Shown one piece after another: positions 16,235 through 25,042 of a stretch of DNA of 32,000 bases. Below the pieces are notes generated by a model. That model ran no database searches and had not been told where the DNA came from. It saw only the letters and a program-made list of their open reading frames with translations. This DNA is from Planctopirus limnophila DSM 3776 (GTDB lineage: Bacteria; Planctomycetota; Planctomycetia; Planctomycetales; Planctomycetaceae). A program made the position numbers and the translations under genes. Each line of letters opens with the position of its first letter. Position 1 is the stretch's first letter. The stretch spans positions 960,001-992,000 of the forward strand of contig NC_014148.1 in NCBI RefSeq assembly GCF_000092105.1, given 5' to 3'.

Positions 16235-17479
16235 ATGGCTGTCGTCACGGAAACCGCAGGTGATTCCCGTCAACGAGCTCTTCAACAGGAACTACGTGAA
16301 CTCGTAGACGTCGTGGGGCCAGCTCCGTTAGTTGATCTTCTGCTCGAACGCAGCTTTCAGCTCAATGCGACAGATATTCATCTCGATCCGACTCCCACGG
16401 GCCTGAGAATTCGGCTGCGTGTCGATGGACTCCTGCACGACATCATTGAACTCCCGGGTGAAATTACTTCTCAGATTATCAGCCGTCTCAAGCTGATGGC
16501 TGGCATGAACATCACCGAAAGACGCCTCTCGCAGGATGGCCATATCAGCGGCGCCTCATTGCGAGCCTCGCGCGATATTCGTGTGGGGAGTGGGCCCACC
16601 ATTCATGGTGAACGCCTCGTCCTGCGGTTGATGCCCGACGAAACCGTTTTCACCAAGGTGGAAGATCTCGGCCTGAACGACACCCAGCTTCAATTGATCA
16701 ATCGAGCACTCAAAAAGCCCTATGGTCTGCTCCTTTGCGTCGGCCCGGTCGGCAGTGGAAAAAGTACCACAACCTATGCGTTGCTCGATCAACTCAACTC
16801 ACCTCACCGCAGTATCGTCACACTGGAAGATCCTGTCGAACGGCGCATTGAATCGATCAATCAGATTCAGATCGATCCTCGCATTAACTTTAACTTTGCG
16901 GATGCTTTGCGAGGAGTGTTAAGGCAAGATCCCGACGTGGTGATGGTCGGTGAAATTCGTGATGCGGAAACGGCGCATATTGCCTGCCGTGCCGGTCTCA
17001 CGGGTGTTCGTGTCCTCTCGACATTACATGCCAATGATACAGCCGCCACGATTGACGTACTGCGGGAATTTGGCATTCCTCCAATGTTCATTGCCGATGC
17101 AGTGAACTGTATTGTCTCTCAGCGACTGGTTCGTAAAGTCTGCACGCAATCGCGAGAAATCTATCATCCAGACGAGGCAGAATGCCGCTATCTCGACATT
17201 TCTCCCGATTTTGCTGATACCGTCGATCTGGTTCGTGGAGTTCCAGCTCCCGTCAATTTTGGGACAGGCTATTCGGGACGATCTGCGGTCTTTGAAGTCT
17301 TACCCATTGATGCCCGCCTGCGACATGCCATCCTTTCGGAAACACCTGTGACACAACTTCGCCAGATCGCCATCGACGAAGGGTTGATCACCCTCGAAAA
17401 AGCTGGTCTGCAGAAGGTCCGCGAAGGAATCACGACTCTTGATGAAGTCCACCGCGTACTGCTCACTTCGATCATTTGA
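16235..17479 (+). CDS. GspE/PilB-family secretion ATPase, short form lacking the N1 domain and with degenerate tetracysteine motif
   Basis: 414 aa. Walker [11 protein letters not shown], Asp box IVTLEDPVE, Walker [12 protein letters not shown], His box [16 protein letters not shown] and RLRVDG are typical of the N2 domain. The Zn motif reads C-T-Q-S ... [15 protein letters not shown], so only 1 of 4 Cys is retained. Confidence 0.9.
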   Translation: MAVVTETAGDSRQRALQQELRELVDVVGPAPLVDLLLERSFQLNATDIHLDPTPTGLRIRLRVDGLLHDIIELPGEITSQIISRLKLMAGMNITERRLSQDGHISGASLRASRDIRVGSGPTIHGERLVLRLMPDETVFTKVEDLGLNDTQLQLINRALKKPYGLLLCVGPVGSGKSTTTYALLDQLNSPHRSIVTLEDPVERRIESINQIQIDPRINFNFADALRGVLRQDPDVVMVGEIRDAETAHIACRAGLTGVRVLSTLHANDTAATIDVLREFGIPPMFIADAVNCIVSQRLVRKVCTQSREIYHPDEAECRYLDISPDFADTVDLVRGVPAPVNFGTGYSGRSAVFEVLPIDARLRHAILSETPVTQLRQIAIDEGLITLEKAGLQKVREGITTLDEVHRVLLTSII

Positions 17480-17502
17480 CCAACGTGAGTAAAGCTCGGC
17501 GG

Positions 17503-17540
17503 GTGGCTGTGGTCAAACGTCCTCGTTTGCCCCCAGTTCG
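17503..17540 (+). repeat. 38-nt intergenic repeat motif, copy 1
   Basis: GTGGCTGTGGTCAAACGTCCTCGTTTGCCCCCAGTTCG, 24 nt after the GspE-like stop. By my count 29 of 38 positions match copy 2 (25043..25080), including the identical 14-mer GTCAAACGTCCTCG. Confidence 0.6.
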
Positions 17541-17896
17541 TTGAACTTTCGTCGTATAAAGCCGATAAGCTCTCCAATCAGGAGAACATTTTTCGGGTGC
17601 ATTTGCGTTGACAAAGCTCTCTAACTGGGGGCGGATGAAGACATCCGACCCCAACCACCCGATTGTTAAAGACCTCTGTCATAATCTGAGCAAATAAATT
17701 TGGAGACGCCCCTCATCTGGCTATTGATTTCTCGAATGAGGATCATCATCTCTTTCTTGAATCCATGAACAAATCAACTTCGCTGCCGTTGACCTGCCTG
17801 CTGAGAGAGTCGACAACTGTGAGTGGCTGAATTCAGCACAAGTGGCTGAATGAGGACACTCGACAATTTCGACTTCTCACAACAGGATTAGAACTA

Positions 17897-19693
17897 TTGC
17901 ATCATCTTGATTTGATTCTCACTCTCACGGGTGGCCTGACGGCGGCTCTGGTGCTGGGTTACATCACCAACCGGCTCGGATTATCACCCATCGTGGGCTA
18001 CCTGCTGGCCGGGATTTGCGTCGGTCCTGCAACTCCCGGATTTGTCGCCAACGCCGAATTGGCTGAGCAGATGGCCGAAGTGGGCGTGATTCTCCTCATG
18101 TTCGGTGTCGGGTTGCACTTTCATCTGGCGGATCTGCTTGCCGTTCGCAAAGTGGCACTTCCCGGAGCGCTGGGCCAGATTCTCATTTCTGCTCTACTCG
18201 GCACGGGATTAGGCCTGATTGTCGGCTGGGGGCTTGTGCCCTCCATCATTTTTGGCCTGGCACTCAGCGTGGCCAGTACTGTGGTCCTGGCGCGTGTACT
18301 GGCCGATTTCCGTGAGCTTCATACCAATACCGGCCGCATCGCCATGGGCTGGCTGGTGGTCGAAGATCTGTTCACGGTCGTGACCCTCGTGCTCCTGCCG
18401 ACAGTGCTTGCTGCCAAAGCCGATCTGGCAGGTGTCACCATTGCGGCATTTTTGACTTTCGGAAAGATTGGCCTGTTTGTCGTCGTCGTGATGTACGGCG
18501 GCGGCGTGGTGATTCCATGGGTTTTTGAACGCATGGCCAAATCGGGATCCCGAGAACTTTTCACACTCACAGTTCTGGTCACAGCTCTAGGGATCGCTGT
18601 AGTTTCTGCCCAACTCTTTGGAGTATCGATGGCCTTGGGAGCCTTTCTGGCAGGGATGGTTGTGGGGCGATCCGAATTCAGTGCCCGAGCCGCTTCCGAT
18701 GCACTGCCGATGAAAGATGCCTTTGCAGTGCTCTTCTTCGTCTCAGTGGGGATGCTGTTTGATCCATCTCAACTTGTCGAGGCCCCTGGCGTGATTCTTG
18801 GCACACTGGCCATTGTGCTCATCGGCAAACCTCTCGCTGCCTTTGTGATTGTGATGTTGTTGCGCTATCCGCCGCGCACAGCCCTTTCTGTCGCTATTGC
18901 CTTAGCACAGATCGGAGAATTTTCCTTTATTCTCGGGTCTCTCGCCCGTGAATTGGGAGTTTTCCCTGAAGAGGCGAACCAGGGGCTCATCGTGGCGGCA
19001 ATCCTCTCGATCACGATCAATCCCTTGCTGTACGGAGCCATTCCCAAACTGGAACGATGGATGCATCAGGTGCCGTGGCTGTCAACGCGTTTGCTGGCCA
19101 GACTTGATGCCGCCCCGGCAGTCTCTGAAGACCACGAAAAATTCGGAACCAACACACCCGCCATCATTGTGGGATATGGGCCGATTGGCCGCATGGTTGC
19201 CAGAATACTCATTGAGAATGGTATCCGGCCTGTCATTATCGAAATGAATCTCGACACATTCCGGCGACTGCGAAACGAAGGAATGTGTGTCGTCTATGGA
19301 GATGCACGACAAGTCGAAGTCCTCAAGCAGGCCCACGTCGAGTCGGCCCGGTATCTCATTTTCAGCAGTGCGGAAAGCCATGGTGTCGAAGAGATCATCC
19401 AGCAGGCGAAAACTCTGCATCCCCAGATCATCACCTTCGTGCGCACACGCTTTCTGCATAATCTTCCCGAACTGGAGCATTTTGGTGCCGCCAGAATTTT
19501 TGTCGATGAAGCAGCCATTGGTCTGGCCATGGCAACATCCATCCTCAAAGACCTCGGTGCCACGGGTGACCAACTCGATCGAGAGCGTGACCGGGTGGAG
19601 CGAGAGTTCTTCAATATCAAGCAGTCGACGACCACCAGCCAGGTTTCGGCAGAAACTCCCGTGGTACCTCCACACGATTCACCGGCAACATGA
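17897..19693 (+). CDS. ybaL: CPA2 family K+(cation)/H+ antiporter with RCK_N (TrkA-N) domain, YbaL-like
   Basis: 598 aa with a TTG start at 17897. The start is supported because the N-terminus MHHLDLILTLTGGLTAALVLGYITNRLGLSPIVGYLLAGI aligns from residue 1 with E. coli YbaL (MHHATPLITTIVGG...ISPLVGYLLAGV). Further shared blocks: VILLMFGVGLHF, GWLVVEDL, GSRELFTL, AFAVLFFVSVGMLFDP, LAQIGEFSFIL. The Rossmann motif is IIVGYGPIGRMVA. Confidence 0.92.
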   Translation: MHHLDLILTLTGGLTAALVLGYITNRLGLSPIVGYLLAGICVGPATPGFVANAELAEQMAEVGVILLMFGVGLHFHLADLLAVRKVALPGALGQILISALLGTGLGLIVGWGLVPSIIFGLALSVASTVVLARVLADFRELHTNTGRIAMGWLVVEDLFTVVTLVLLPTVLAAKADLAGVTIAAFLTFGKIGLFVVVVMYGGGVVIPWVFERMAKSGSRELFTLTVLVTALGIAVVSAQLFGVSMALGAFLAGMVVGRSEFSARAASDALPMKDAFAVLFFVSVGMLFDPSQLVEAPGVILGTLAIVLIGKPLAAFVIVMLLRYPPRTALSVAIALAQIGEFSFILGSLARELGVFPEEANQGLIVAAILSITINPLLYGAIPKLERWMHQVPWLSTRLLARLDAAPAVSEDHEKFGTNTPAIIVGYGPIGRMVARILIENGIRPVIIEMNLDTFRRLRNEGMCVVYGDARQVEVLKQAHVESARYLIFSSAESHGVEEIIQQAKTLHPQIITFVRTRFLHNLPELEHFGAARIFVDEAAIGLAMATSILKDLGATGDQLDRERDRVEREFFNIKQSTTTSQVSAETPVVPPHDSPAT

Positions 19694-19714
19694 AAAGTTC
19701 ACGATGTGATGAAC

Positions 19715-20905
19715 TCAAAGAATCCAGCGACCGAGATTGAAGTAGAAGAGCAACGTCACCACGTCGCTTAATGCGAGTGCAATCGGGCCGGAGGCCAACT
19801 GAGGATCACGTCGAATCAATCGAAGCACGAAGGGAATACTCAGGCCCACCAGTGCCGAAGCGGTAACCCCAGCGGCGATTCCCAGAAATAGACTGGCAGA
19901 AACCGCCCAGCTTCCCTTCCAGAGGAAGGCAATGACTCCCACAGAGAGTCCGCAACTGATTCCCAAGAGAGCACCGACGATCACTTCAAAAGCTGCTTTA
20001 CGCGAAAAAATCGCCCAGGTGGGATGTTGACCATGCAGAGCCTGCAGTGCCAGACTTACCGACTGGATACTGACGCTTTCAGCCAGTGCAGTGACCAGAG
20101 CAATAAAAGGAGCCACCACTGCCAAAGTCGCCACGTCGTCGTAGGCATCGGCAGTAAAGGCAGCCAGCATCCCTCCCAGAACATTGCAGAGTTACCACGG
20201 GAACCGGCCTAGAAATGCCGCCCGCGAGTTGCGCTGCGAGGCTTCTGTCAGATGCACACCGATCAACTGAAATAGATCGTCACTGTCTTGCCGACGATCT
20301 ATTTCCATGATTTCAGCGGTGTAGAGATCAACGTCAACTGCACCGAGAATCTTCTGATCTTCATCGACAACAGGGAACGCCAGCAGTTTATAGCGAGTAA
20401 AGTATTCACAGGCTTCGAGCACAGTGGCCGTCGAGGGAATCGAAATGACGGTTGCAGACATGATGGAGCGGATGATCGTCTCTGGCGGTGAAAGCAGCAG
20501 CCGGCGGCTAGCAACCACGCCCAGCAGCCGGTGGTCTTCATCCACAACATAGAAGTAAACGATCCGCCCGACGTCATTCGATGCCCGCAAGGCTGTCAGC
20601 GACTGCTGCACCGTGTCGTCGGCTTTGAGAATTGGTGAAGCCGAGACAAGATGCTTTGTGACGGGATCGGCAAGCACATCATGGACATTAACCGGTGTTC
20701 GCACCGGTCCAACCATCGGTTCTTGTTCAATCACAGGAACAGAAGTCGCCACCACATGTTCCCGGTCAGATCCAGCACTCGCTTCGATGGGTAAATCTGT
20801 TGAAGCGGGGCGATCTTCCGGCGCATGTTCTGGCGATGGCATCAATCGTGGTTCCTTGGGAAAAAGATGAGGGAATCCCTGCGACCTGGAAATCTCATGC
20901 GGCAC
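19715..20905 (-). pseudogene. mgtE: MgtE-type Mg2+ transporter (CBS pair plus MgtE membrane domain) interrupted by one in-frame TAA; fragments 20192..20905 and 19715..20170
   Basis: Both track ORFs are in the same frame (20905-20170 = 735). They are separated by TAA (20194..20192) plus 7 sense codons. The upstream fragment carries CBS-like repeats (FYVVDEDHRLLGVVASRRLL, AFPVVDEDQKILGAVDVDL) and ends in GRFPW. The downstream fragment reads LGGMLAAF...VAPFIALVTALAESVSIQSVSLALQAL, typical of the MgtE TM domain. Confidence 0.7.
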
Positions 20906-20947
20906 TGGAATTTATTGACCATTGCCCAGTGATTTGCGGACCACTCA

Positions 20948-21325
20948 TTAGCGGCTCAGTGATTTGCGTATGTTGAATAATTGTTTCCAGCCTGAAGAAC
21001 GGCTGAATGCCAGGACCAGTACGCTGTTGTATGTGAAAAACAGGAGCAGTGACCAGCGATTCAACCACAAAAACCAATCGTTACGCACGTCAGGATCACT
21101 GACCGCCAGACCGCCCAGTTTCCATTCACACCAGATAAAGCCCGCCAGCGTCATGAACAGCAGAATCATCGCCATCAGATAAGCGGCTACCCGGCAGCTA
21201 TGCCAGAGCAGGCGATGTCCGTGTTGAGTCTGAATTTCCCGATAAAGCAGCAGTATCGTGCCGACGATCGCCAGCAGAGAAATCACCGAAAGGCCATGAG
21301 TTTCCAGCCAGTGAAGACCGCTCAT
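20948..21325 (-). CDS. Hypothetical 4-TM membrane protein
   Basis: The ATG at 21325 lies inside the 156-aa track ORF and has AAGG 8 nt upstream. Four hydrophobic segments are present (LSVISLLAIVGTILLLY, VAAYLMAMILLFMTLAGFIW, and the WFLWLNRWSLLLFFTYNSVLVLAF region). It sits between the CPA2 gene and mgtE on the same strand. No family was recognised. Confidence 0.5.
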   Translation of the reverse strand: MSGLHWLETHGLSVISLLAIVGTILLLYREIQTQHGHRLLWHSCRVAAYLMAMILLFMTLAGFIWCEWKLGGLAVSDPDVRNDWFLWLNRWSLLLFFTYNSVLVLAFSRSSGWKQLFNIRKSLSR

Positions 21326-21464
21326 TGCTTGAACCTTTCGTACGTAACAGGACTGATGAGGAAGAACTCCCTCGAATGCACACCTGAGTTTGATCTCCGA
21401 CGGGAAGTCGCAGGGCATCTGCCAGGTTCAACGCAGAACACATCAGAATGGATCATGCTTTTCG

Positions 21465-23567
21465 TCAGGCGGGTCGCTCTTCTTTTCCTTCGGCAGGAAG
21501 TTCCAACAACTCAATGGCCGTTTCAAACTGTTCCGGCTGGCCAAGGAGTACGAGAACATCACCCAGTTCCAGTTGCAGGTCGGCAGCGGGATTGGTCACG
21601 ACCTGGCCTTTGCGTTTGACAGCCACAATCGTCACCCCCGTTAAATTTCGCAGTCTGAGCTGCCCCAGTGTCTTCCCGATCGCATGCGAATGCGGGGCCA
21701 GTTGGCAGCTTTCAAATTGAGCGTCGAGATTTCCATCGGGAGTAAAGGAAAGAAGTGTTCGTCCCAGAGCCTGCCCTCGGAATGCCTGATAATGATCCGA
21801 GCGAATATTGGCCACCAGACGATTGATCATATTGCCAGGAATATGATACTCGCGCAGAACATGAGCAAAGATCTCAAGTGAGGTTTCGAACTCTTCGGAG
21901 ATAATGCTGTTCGCACCCAGTCTTTTCAAATCGAACGATTCCGTAAAGTAGCGGGTGCGCACCACGATATGCAGGTCAGGATTCATCTGACGGGCCAGTT
22001 GAACTGTGCGGCGTGCAGAGATCGGGTCATTAATCGCCACCACCAGTGCTTTGGCTTTCTCGATATGCACATGTTCCAGCACGGATTCCCGGCCTGAATC
22101 ACCATAATAAATCGATTGTCCCTGGGCTCTTTCCCGACGGACAGTCTGTGGATTCATTTCCAGCACGACATAAGGAATCTTCAATTCTTTAAGTACCGTC
22201 GCCAGATTCCTGCCATTAAACCCATATCCAGCAATCACGACATGGCCGTGAAGTTCATCAATCGAGTCATCTTCGGGAGGAGTGTACTTCTGCCACGACT
22301 TAACCAGTGGCGATTGCTCAATCACATCAATCAATCGAGGCAACCCGGCCAGGACTAAAGGCGTCGCCACCATCGATAGCACGGACACGGCGAGAAAGAG
22401 CTGATATTGATCTGCAGTCATCAGCTTGACTTCGAGTCCACTTTTCGCAAGTACGAAAGAAAACTCACCAATCTGTGCCAGCGAAACCCCTGCGAGCACT
22501 GCCGTACGGAATGAATACCCAGCCAGCAGTGAAGGGACTGTCGCAGTTAATGCCTTCAATAGTAGAATGGCTATCAGTAACAGTGAAATCGACCATCCAT
22601 GGGTCATCAGATGGTTGATATCGAGCAACATCCCGACTGAGATAAAGAACAGACTGCTCAGCGTATCTCGAAATGGCATGACCTCCGCGAGTGTCTGATG
22701 ACCATACTCCGATTCAGCAATAATCAGCCCCGCCAGAAATGCTCCCAGTGGCAAAGAGAGATCAACCATATTGGTCAGTGCGGCTGTACCAATACAGATC
22801 ACGAAAATACAGATGAGAAAGAGTTCCCGGTTGCGAGTCTGGACGATCTGGTAAAGCAGTGGGGGAACCACAAACCGTCCAACGATGGTAATCGCCAGCA
22901 CCATCGCCAGACCTTGGGAAACATCCCATATGAATGAATGATGCTGGCCCGATTCTGCAGCCAAAAGCGGCACCACAAGTACACAGACGACGACCAGCAG
23001 GTCTTGGAACAGCAGCACCGCGACTGAGATCCGCCCATGCGGCGTTCCCAGTTCCCCACGATCAGCCAGGAGCTTGATCACAATGGCCGTCGAAGACATC
23101 GCCATCAACATCCCGGCAAAGACCGATGAATTCCAGGCAATGCCGGTCGCCATGCAGGCCACTGTCCCGGCCAGTAATGAAAACCCGACTTGAGGAACTC
23201 CGACCTGCAGCATCATCGTGGCCATTTTGACCACACGGGAAAGTGAGAACTCTAAACCAACGGTAAAGAGCAGCACCACCACCCCGATTTCGGCCAGAAG
23301 TTCCACACGGTGAACATCATCGACCACCTGCAAACCATAGGGGCCGACCACAATTCCAGTCGCCAGCAATCCCACCACCGTCGGAATCTTGAGCCGGTGG
23401 AAGAGATAGACGACTACGCCCGCGCAGAGAAACACTAACAGAAGATCTTTCAGAAACACGGCTTCATCCTCGCGATGGACACAGCTGGCAGGAGGGTTGT
23501 CAGCGTGGAGAGTCGTAGCAGAGTTACGCTTCAAGAGCGAGTCCGAGTCGATTGACCACACACTCAC
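21465..23567 (-). CDS. CPA2 family cation/H+ antiporter (Kef-type) with RCK_N and RCK_C domains
   Basis: 700 aa. The start is GTG at 23567; there is no ATG before the first TM helix. Exchanger blocks: GLLATGIVVGPYGL, VVLLFTVGLEFS, VLLFQDLLVV, NRELFLI, LGAFLAGLIIAESEY, SLFFISVGMLLD, LAQIGEFSFVLA. Rossmann motif: VVIAGYGFNGRNLA. RCK_C: HAIGKTLGQLRLRNLTGVTIVAVKRKGQVV...LELGDVLVLLG. Confidence 0.9.
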   Translation of the reverse strand: MSVWSIDSDSLLKRNSATTLHADNPPASCVHREDEAVFLKDLLLVFLCAGVVVYLFHRLKIPTVVGLLATGIVVGPYGLQVVDDVHRVELLAEIGVVVLLFTVGLEFSLSRVVKMATMMLQVGVPQVGFSLLAGTVACMATGIAWNSSVFAGMLMAMSSTAIVIKLLADRGELGTPHGRISVAVLLFQDLLVVVCVLVVPLLAAESGQHHSFIWDVSQGLAMVLAITIVGRFVVPPLLYQIVQTRNRELFLICIFVICIGTAALTNMVDLSLPLGAFLAGLIIAESEYGHQTLAEVMPFRDTLSSLFFISVGMLLDINHLMTHGWSISLLLIAILLLKALTATVPSLLAGYSFRTAVLAGVSLAQIGEFSFVLAKSGLEVKLMTADQYQLFLAVSVLSMVATPLVLAGLPRLIDVIEQSPLVKSWQKYTPPEDDSIDELHGHVVIAGYGFNGRNLATVLKELKIPYVVLEMNPQTVRRERAQGQSIYYGDSGRESVLEHVHIEKAKALVVAINDPISARRTVQLARQMNPDLHIVVRTRYFTESFDLKRLGANSIISEEFETSLEIFAHVLREYHIPGNMINRLVANIRSDHYQAFRGQALGRTLLSFTPDGNLDAQFESCQLAPHSHAIGKTLGQLRLRNLTGVTIVAVKRKGQVVTNPAADLQLELGDVLVLLGQPEQFETAIELLELPAEGKEERPA

Positions 23568-23663
23568 TTTGGTAAGTTTTGATGCGACATCACAAATCGG
23601 GAGTGACCAATCCCTGAAACTGGCTAGAAGGCAAAATTCGGAATCAGCCTTCGGGAGTGAGGC

Positions 23664-24494
23664 CTAACCCACGCCGGGTGTTGATTCAAAGGGGGAATCT
23701 GAGGCTGGGGAGTCCACAATCAGGCAATGGGCTCCTTCGGCCTGTGGCGCTCGAACGAGCGACGTTCCTTGCACTCGAGTCCACAATGCCAGCCCGCCGA
23801 TCAACCCGAGAATATTCTGCACCAATCGGACATCAGCCGGAAGCGACGCTTCATGGAGCATGCGCGCATTCCCGCCACCAATGTAGAGGCAGTCAAAATT
23901 AAATGTGGCTCTTAACAAAGCAATGGCTCTCGACAGGGAAGCCTGCCATTCCTCAAGCCCGAGACGCTCCAGAGCAGCCTGGCCGAGTCGTTGCTCATAG
24001 GTTGCATTCTGCTCGAATGGATGATGGGGCAATTCAAGATTAGGGACCAGAATGCCATCGATGAACAATGCAGACCCCATCCCTGTCCCCAGCGTGAGTA
24101 CCAGCTCAACCCCTTTACCGGAAATGGCGCCAAACCCCTGCACGTCGGCATCGTTGGCAATCCGGACGGGAACTTTCAAACGCTGCTCGAGTTCTCCTTC
24201 GAGAAAGAAGTCTTTCCAGGCGGGCGAAAGGTTTGGTGCTGTGCGGGTGATCCCCTTTTGCACGACACCCGGAAAGCCGATGGCCACTCGGTCAAACGGA
24301 GACAGTCGTTCCGCGAGTGTTTCGATAACACTCAGTACGGCCACAGGTGTGGCTGGTGAGGGAGTGGGCAATGATTCCCGCGGACGAACGATCTCACCGC
24401 TGTTTTTGAGAACCAGTGCCTTGATGTTTGTACCGCCGATATCAACCGTCAGCGTCAATGGATCCGAGGCATTTAAGCCACGATTGCTCACCAT
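23664..24494 (-). CDS. ppgK: ROK family kinase, polyphosphate glucokinase-like
   Basis: The ORF track gives 23664..24605 (GTG). I prefer the ATG at 24494 (MVSNRGLNASDPLTLTVDIGGTNIK); the start is uncertain. Motifs: TVDIGGTNIKA, IGFPGVV, RIANDADVQG, LTLGTGMGSALFIDGILVPNLELPHHPF. There is no CxCGxxGC zinc motif, as in PpgK-type ROK kinases. Confidence 0.8.
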   Translation of the reverse strand: MVSNRGLNASDPLTLTVDIGGTNIKALVLKNSGEIVRPRESLPTPSPATPVAVLSVIETLAERLSPFDRVAIGFPGVVQKGITRTAPNLSPAWKDFFLEGELEQRLKVPVRIANDADVQGFGAISGKGVELVLTLGTGMGSALFIDGILVPNLELPHHPFEQNATYEQRLGQAALERLGLEEWQASLSRAIALLRATFNFDCLYIGGGNARMLHEASLPADVRLVQNILGLIGGLALWTRVQGTSLVRAPQAEGAHCLIVDSPASDSPFESTPGVG

Positions 24495-24550
24495 TGCGGT
24501 AGCAGGGCTGGAGACGCCGTTTCCCGGTTCAAGTGGGCCCATAGTCAGCC

Positions 24551-24586
24551 CTGTATTCAAACCAGTTTTCAAACCTGTGTTCAAAG
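24551..24586. repeat. Three imperfect tandem 12-nt units
   Basis: CTGTATTCAAAC / CAGTTTTCAAAC / CTGTGTTCAAAG. If the long GTG-started ORF is used, these encode LNTGLKTGLNTG on the minus strand. Otherwise they lie in the 5' region of the ROK kinase gene. Confidence 0.6.
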
Positions 24587-24930
24587 CAGACTCTCCCGGC
24601 TTCACTGGCTGTCAGTCGTGCGATGTTGAAAGAGGCTTGGCTTTCCCATCGCGTCTGAACTGTTCGGTGGCGTTCAACCTCCGTTCTTTATACGACAATA
24701 ATGAATCTTATCTGATCCACCAAGAAACCAAAGTCGAGACTCGGAAAATCAACTTTGGCATCACGAGCGATGCGGCCTTCGCACAATGCACGCAAGATCA
24801 TTCCGTGCTCAAGGAACGAAACTCATCAAGCGACTGGCAACGAGCAGTTTAAGAAACCTGTGCATTGAGAGGTCTGTGCGGCGAAAGATCTGGGGTGGCT
24901 TGAGCAGATTCCACGTTTTACCACCGTCAG

Positions 24931-24962
24931 GTGTGCCATCCTTGCGGCTCGGAGCAAGCATG
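24931..24962 (+). repeat. REP-like hairpin element, copy C
   Basis: GTGTGCCATCCTTGCGGCTCGGAGCAAGCATG. By my count 30 of 32 positions are identical to copy B, and the stem has one mismatch. It lies between the WD40 gene stop (25134) and the ROK kinase start. Confidence 0.7.
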
Positions 24963-25042
24963 CCTGATAGACTCTCGAAAGGTCATCTATTTCCGGCATA
25001 GGCATCAAACGTGTGCCCATCTGCATGATGACTGGAGACTGT

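Noticed and set aside
24052-24852. 266-aa plus-strand ORF across the ROK kinase gene
   Set aside because: It is antisense to a CDS with strong ROK/PpgK motifs. Its Ser/Pro/Arg-rich translation suggests an artefact of frame and GC content. The same reasoning rejects 29731..30381 (antisense to mcsB), 25041..25619 (antisense to WD40), 19082..19675 (antisense to ybaL), 774..1307 (antisense to purM) and 2127..2714 / 2402..2953 (antisense to the ABC gene).
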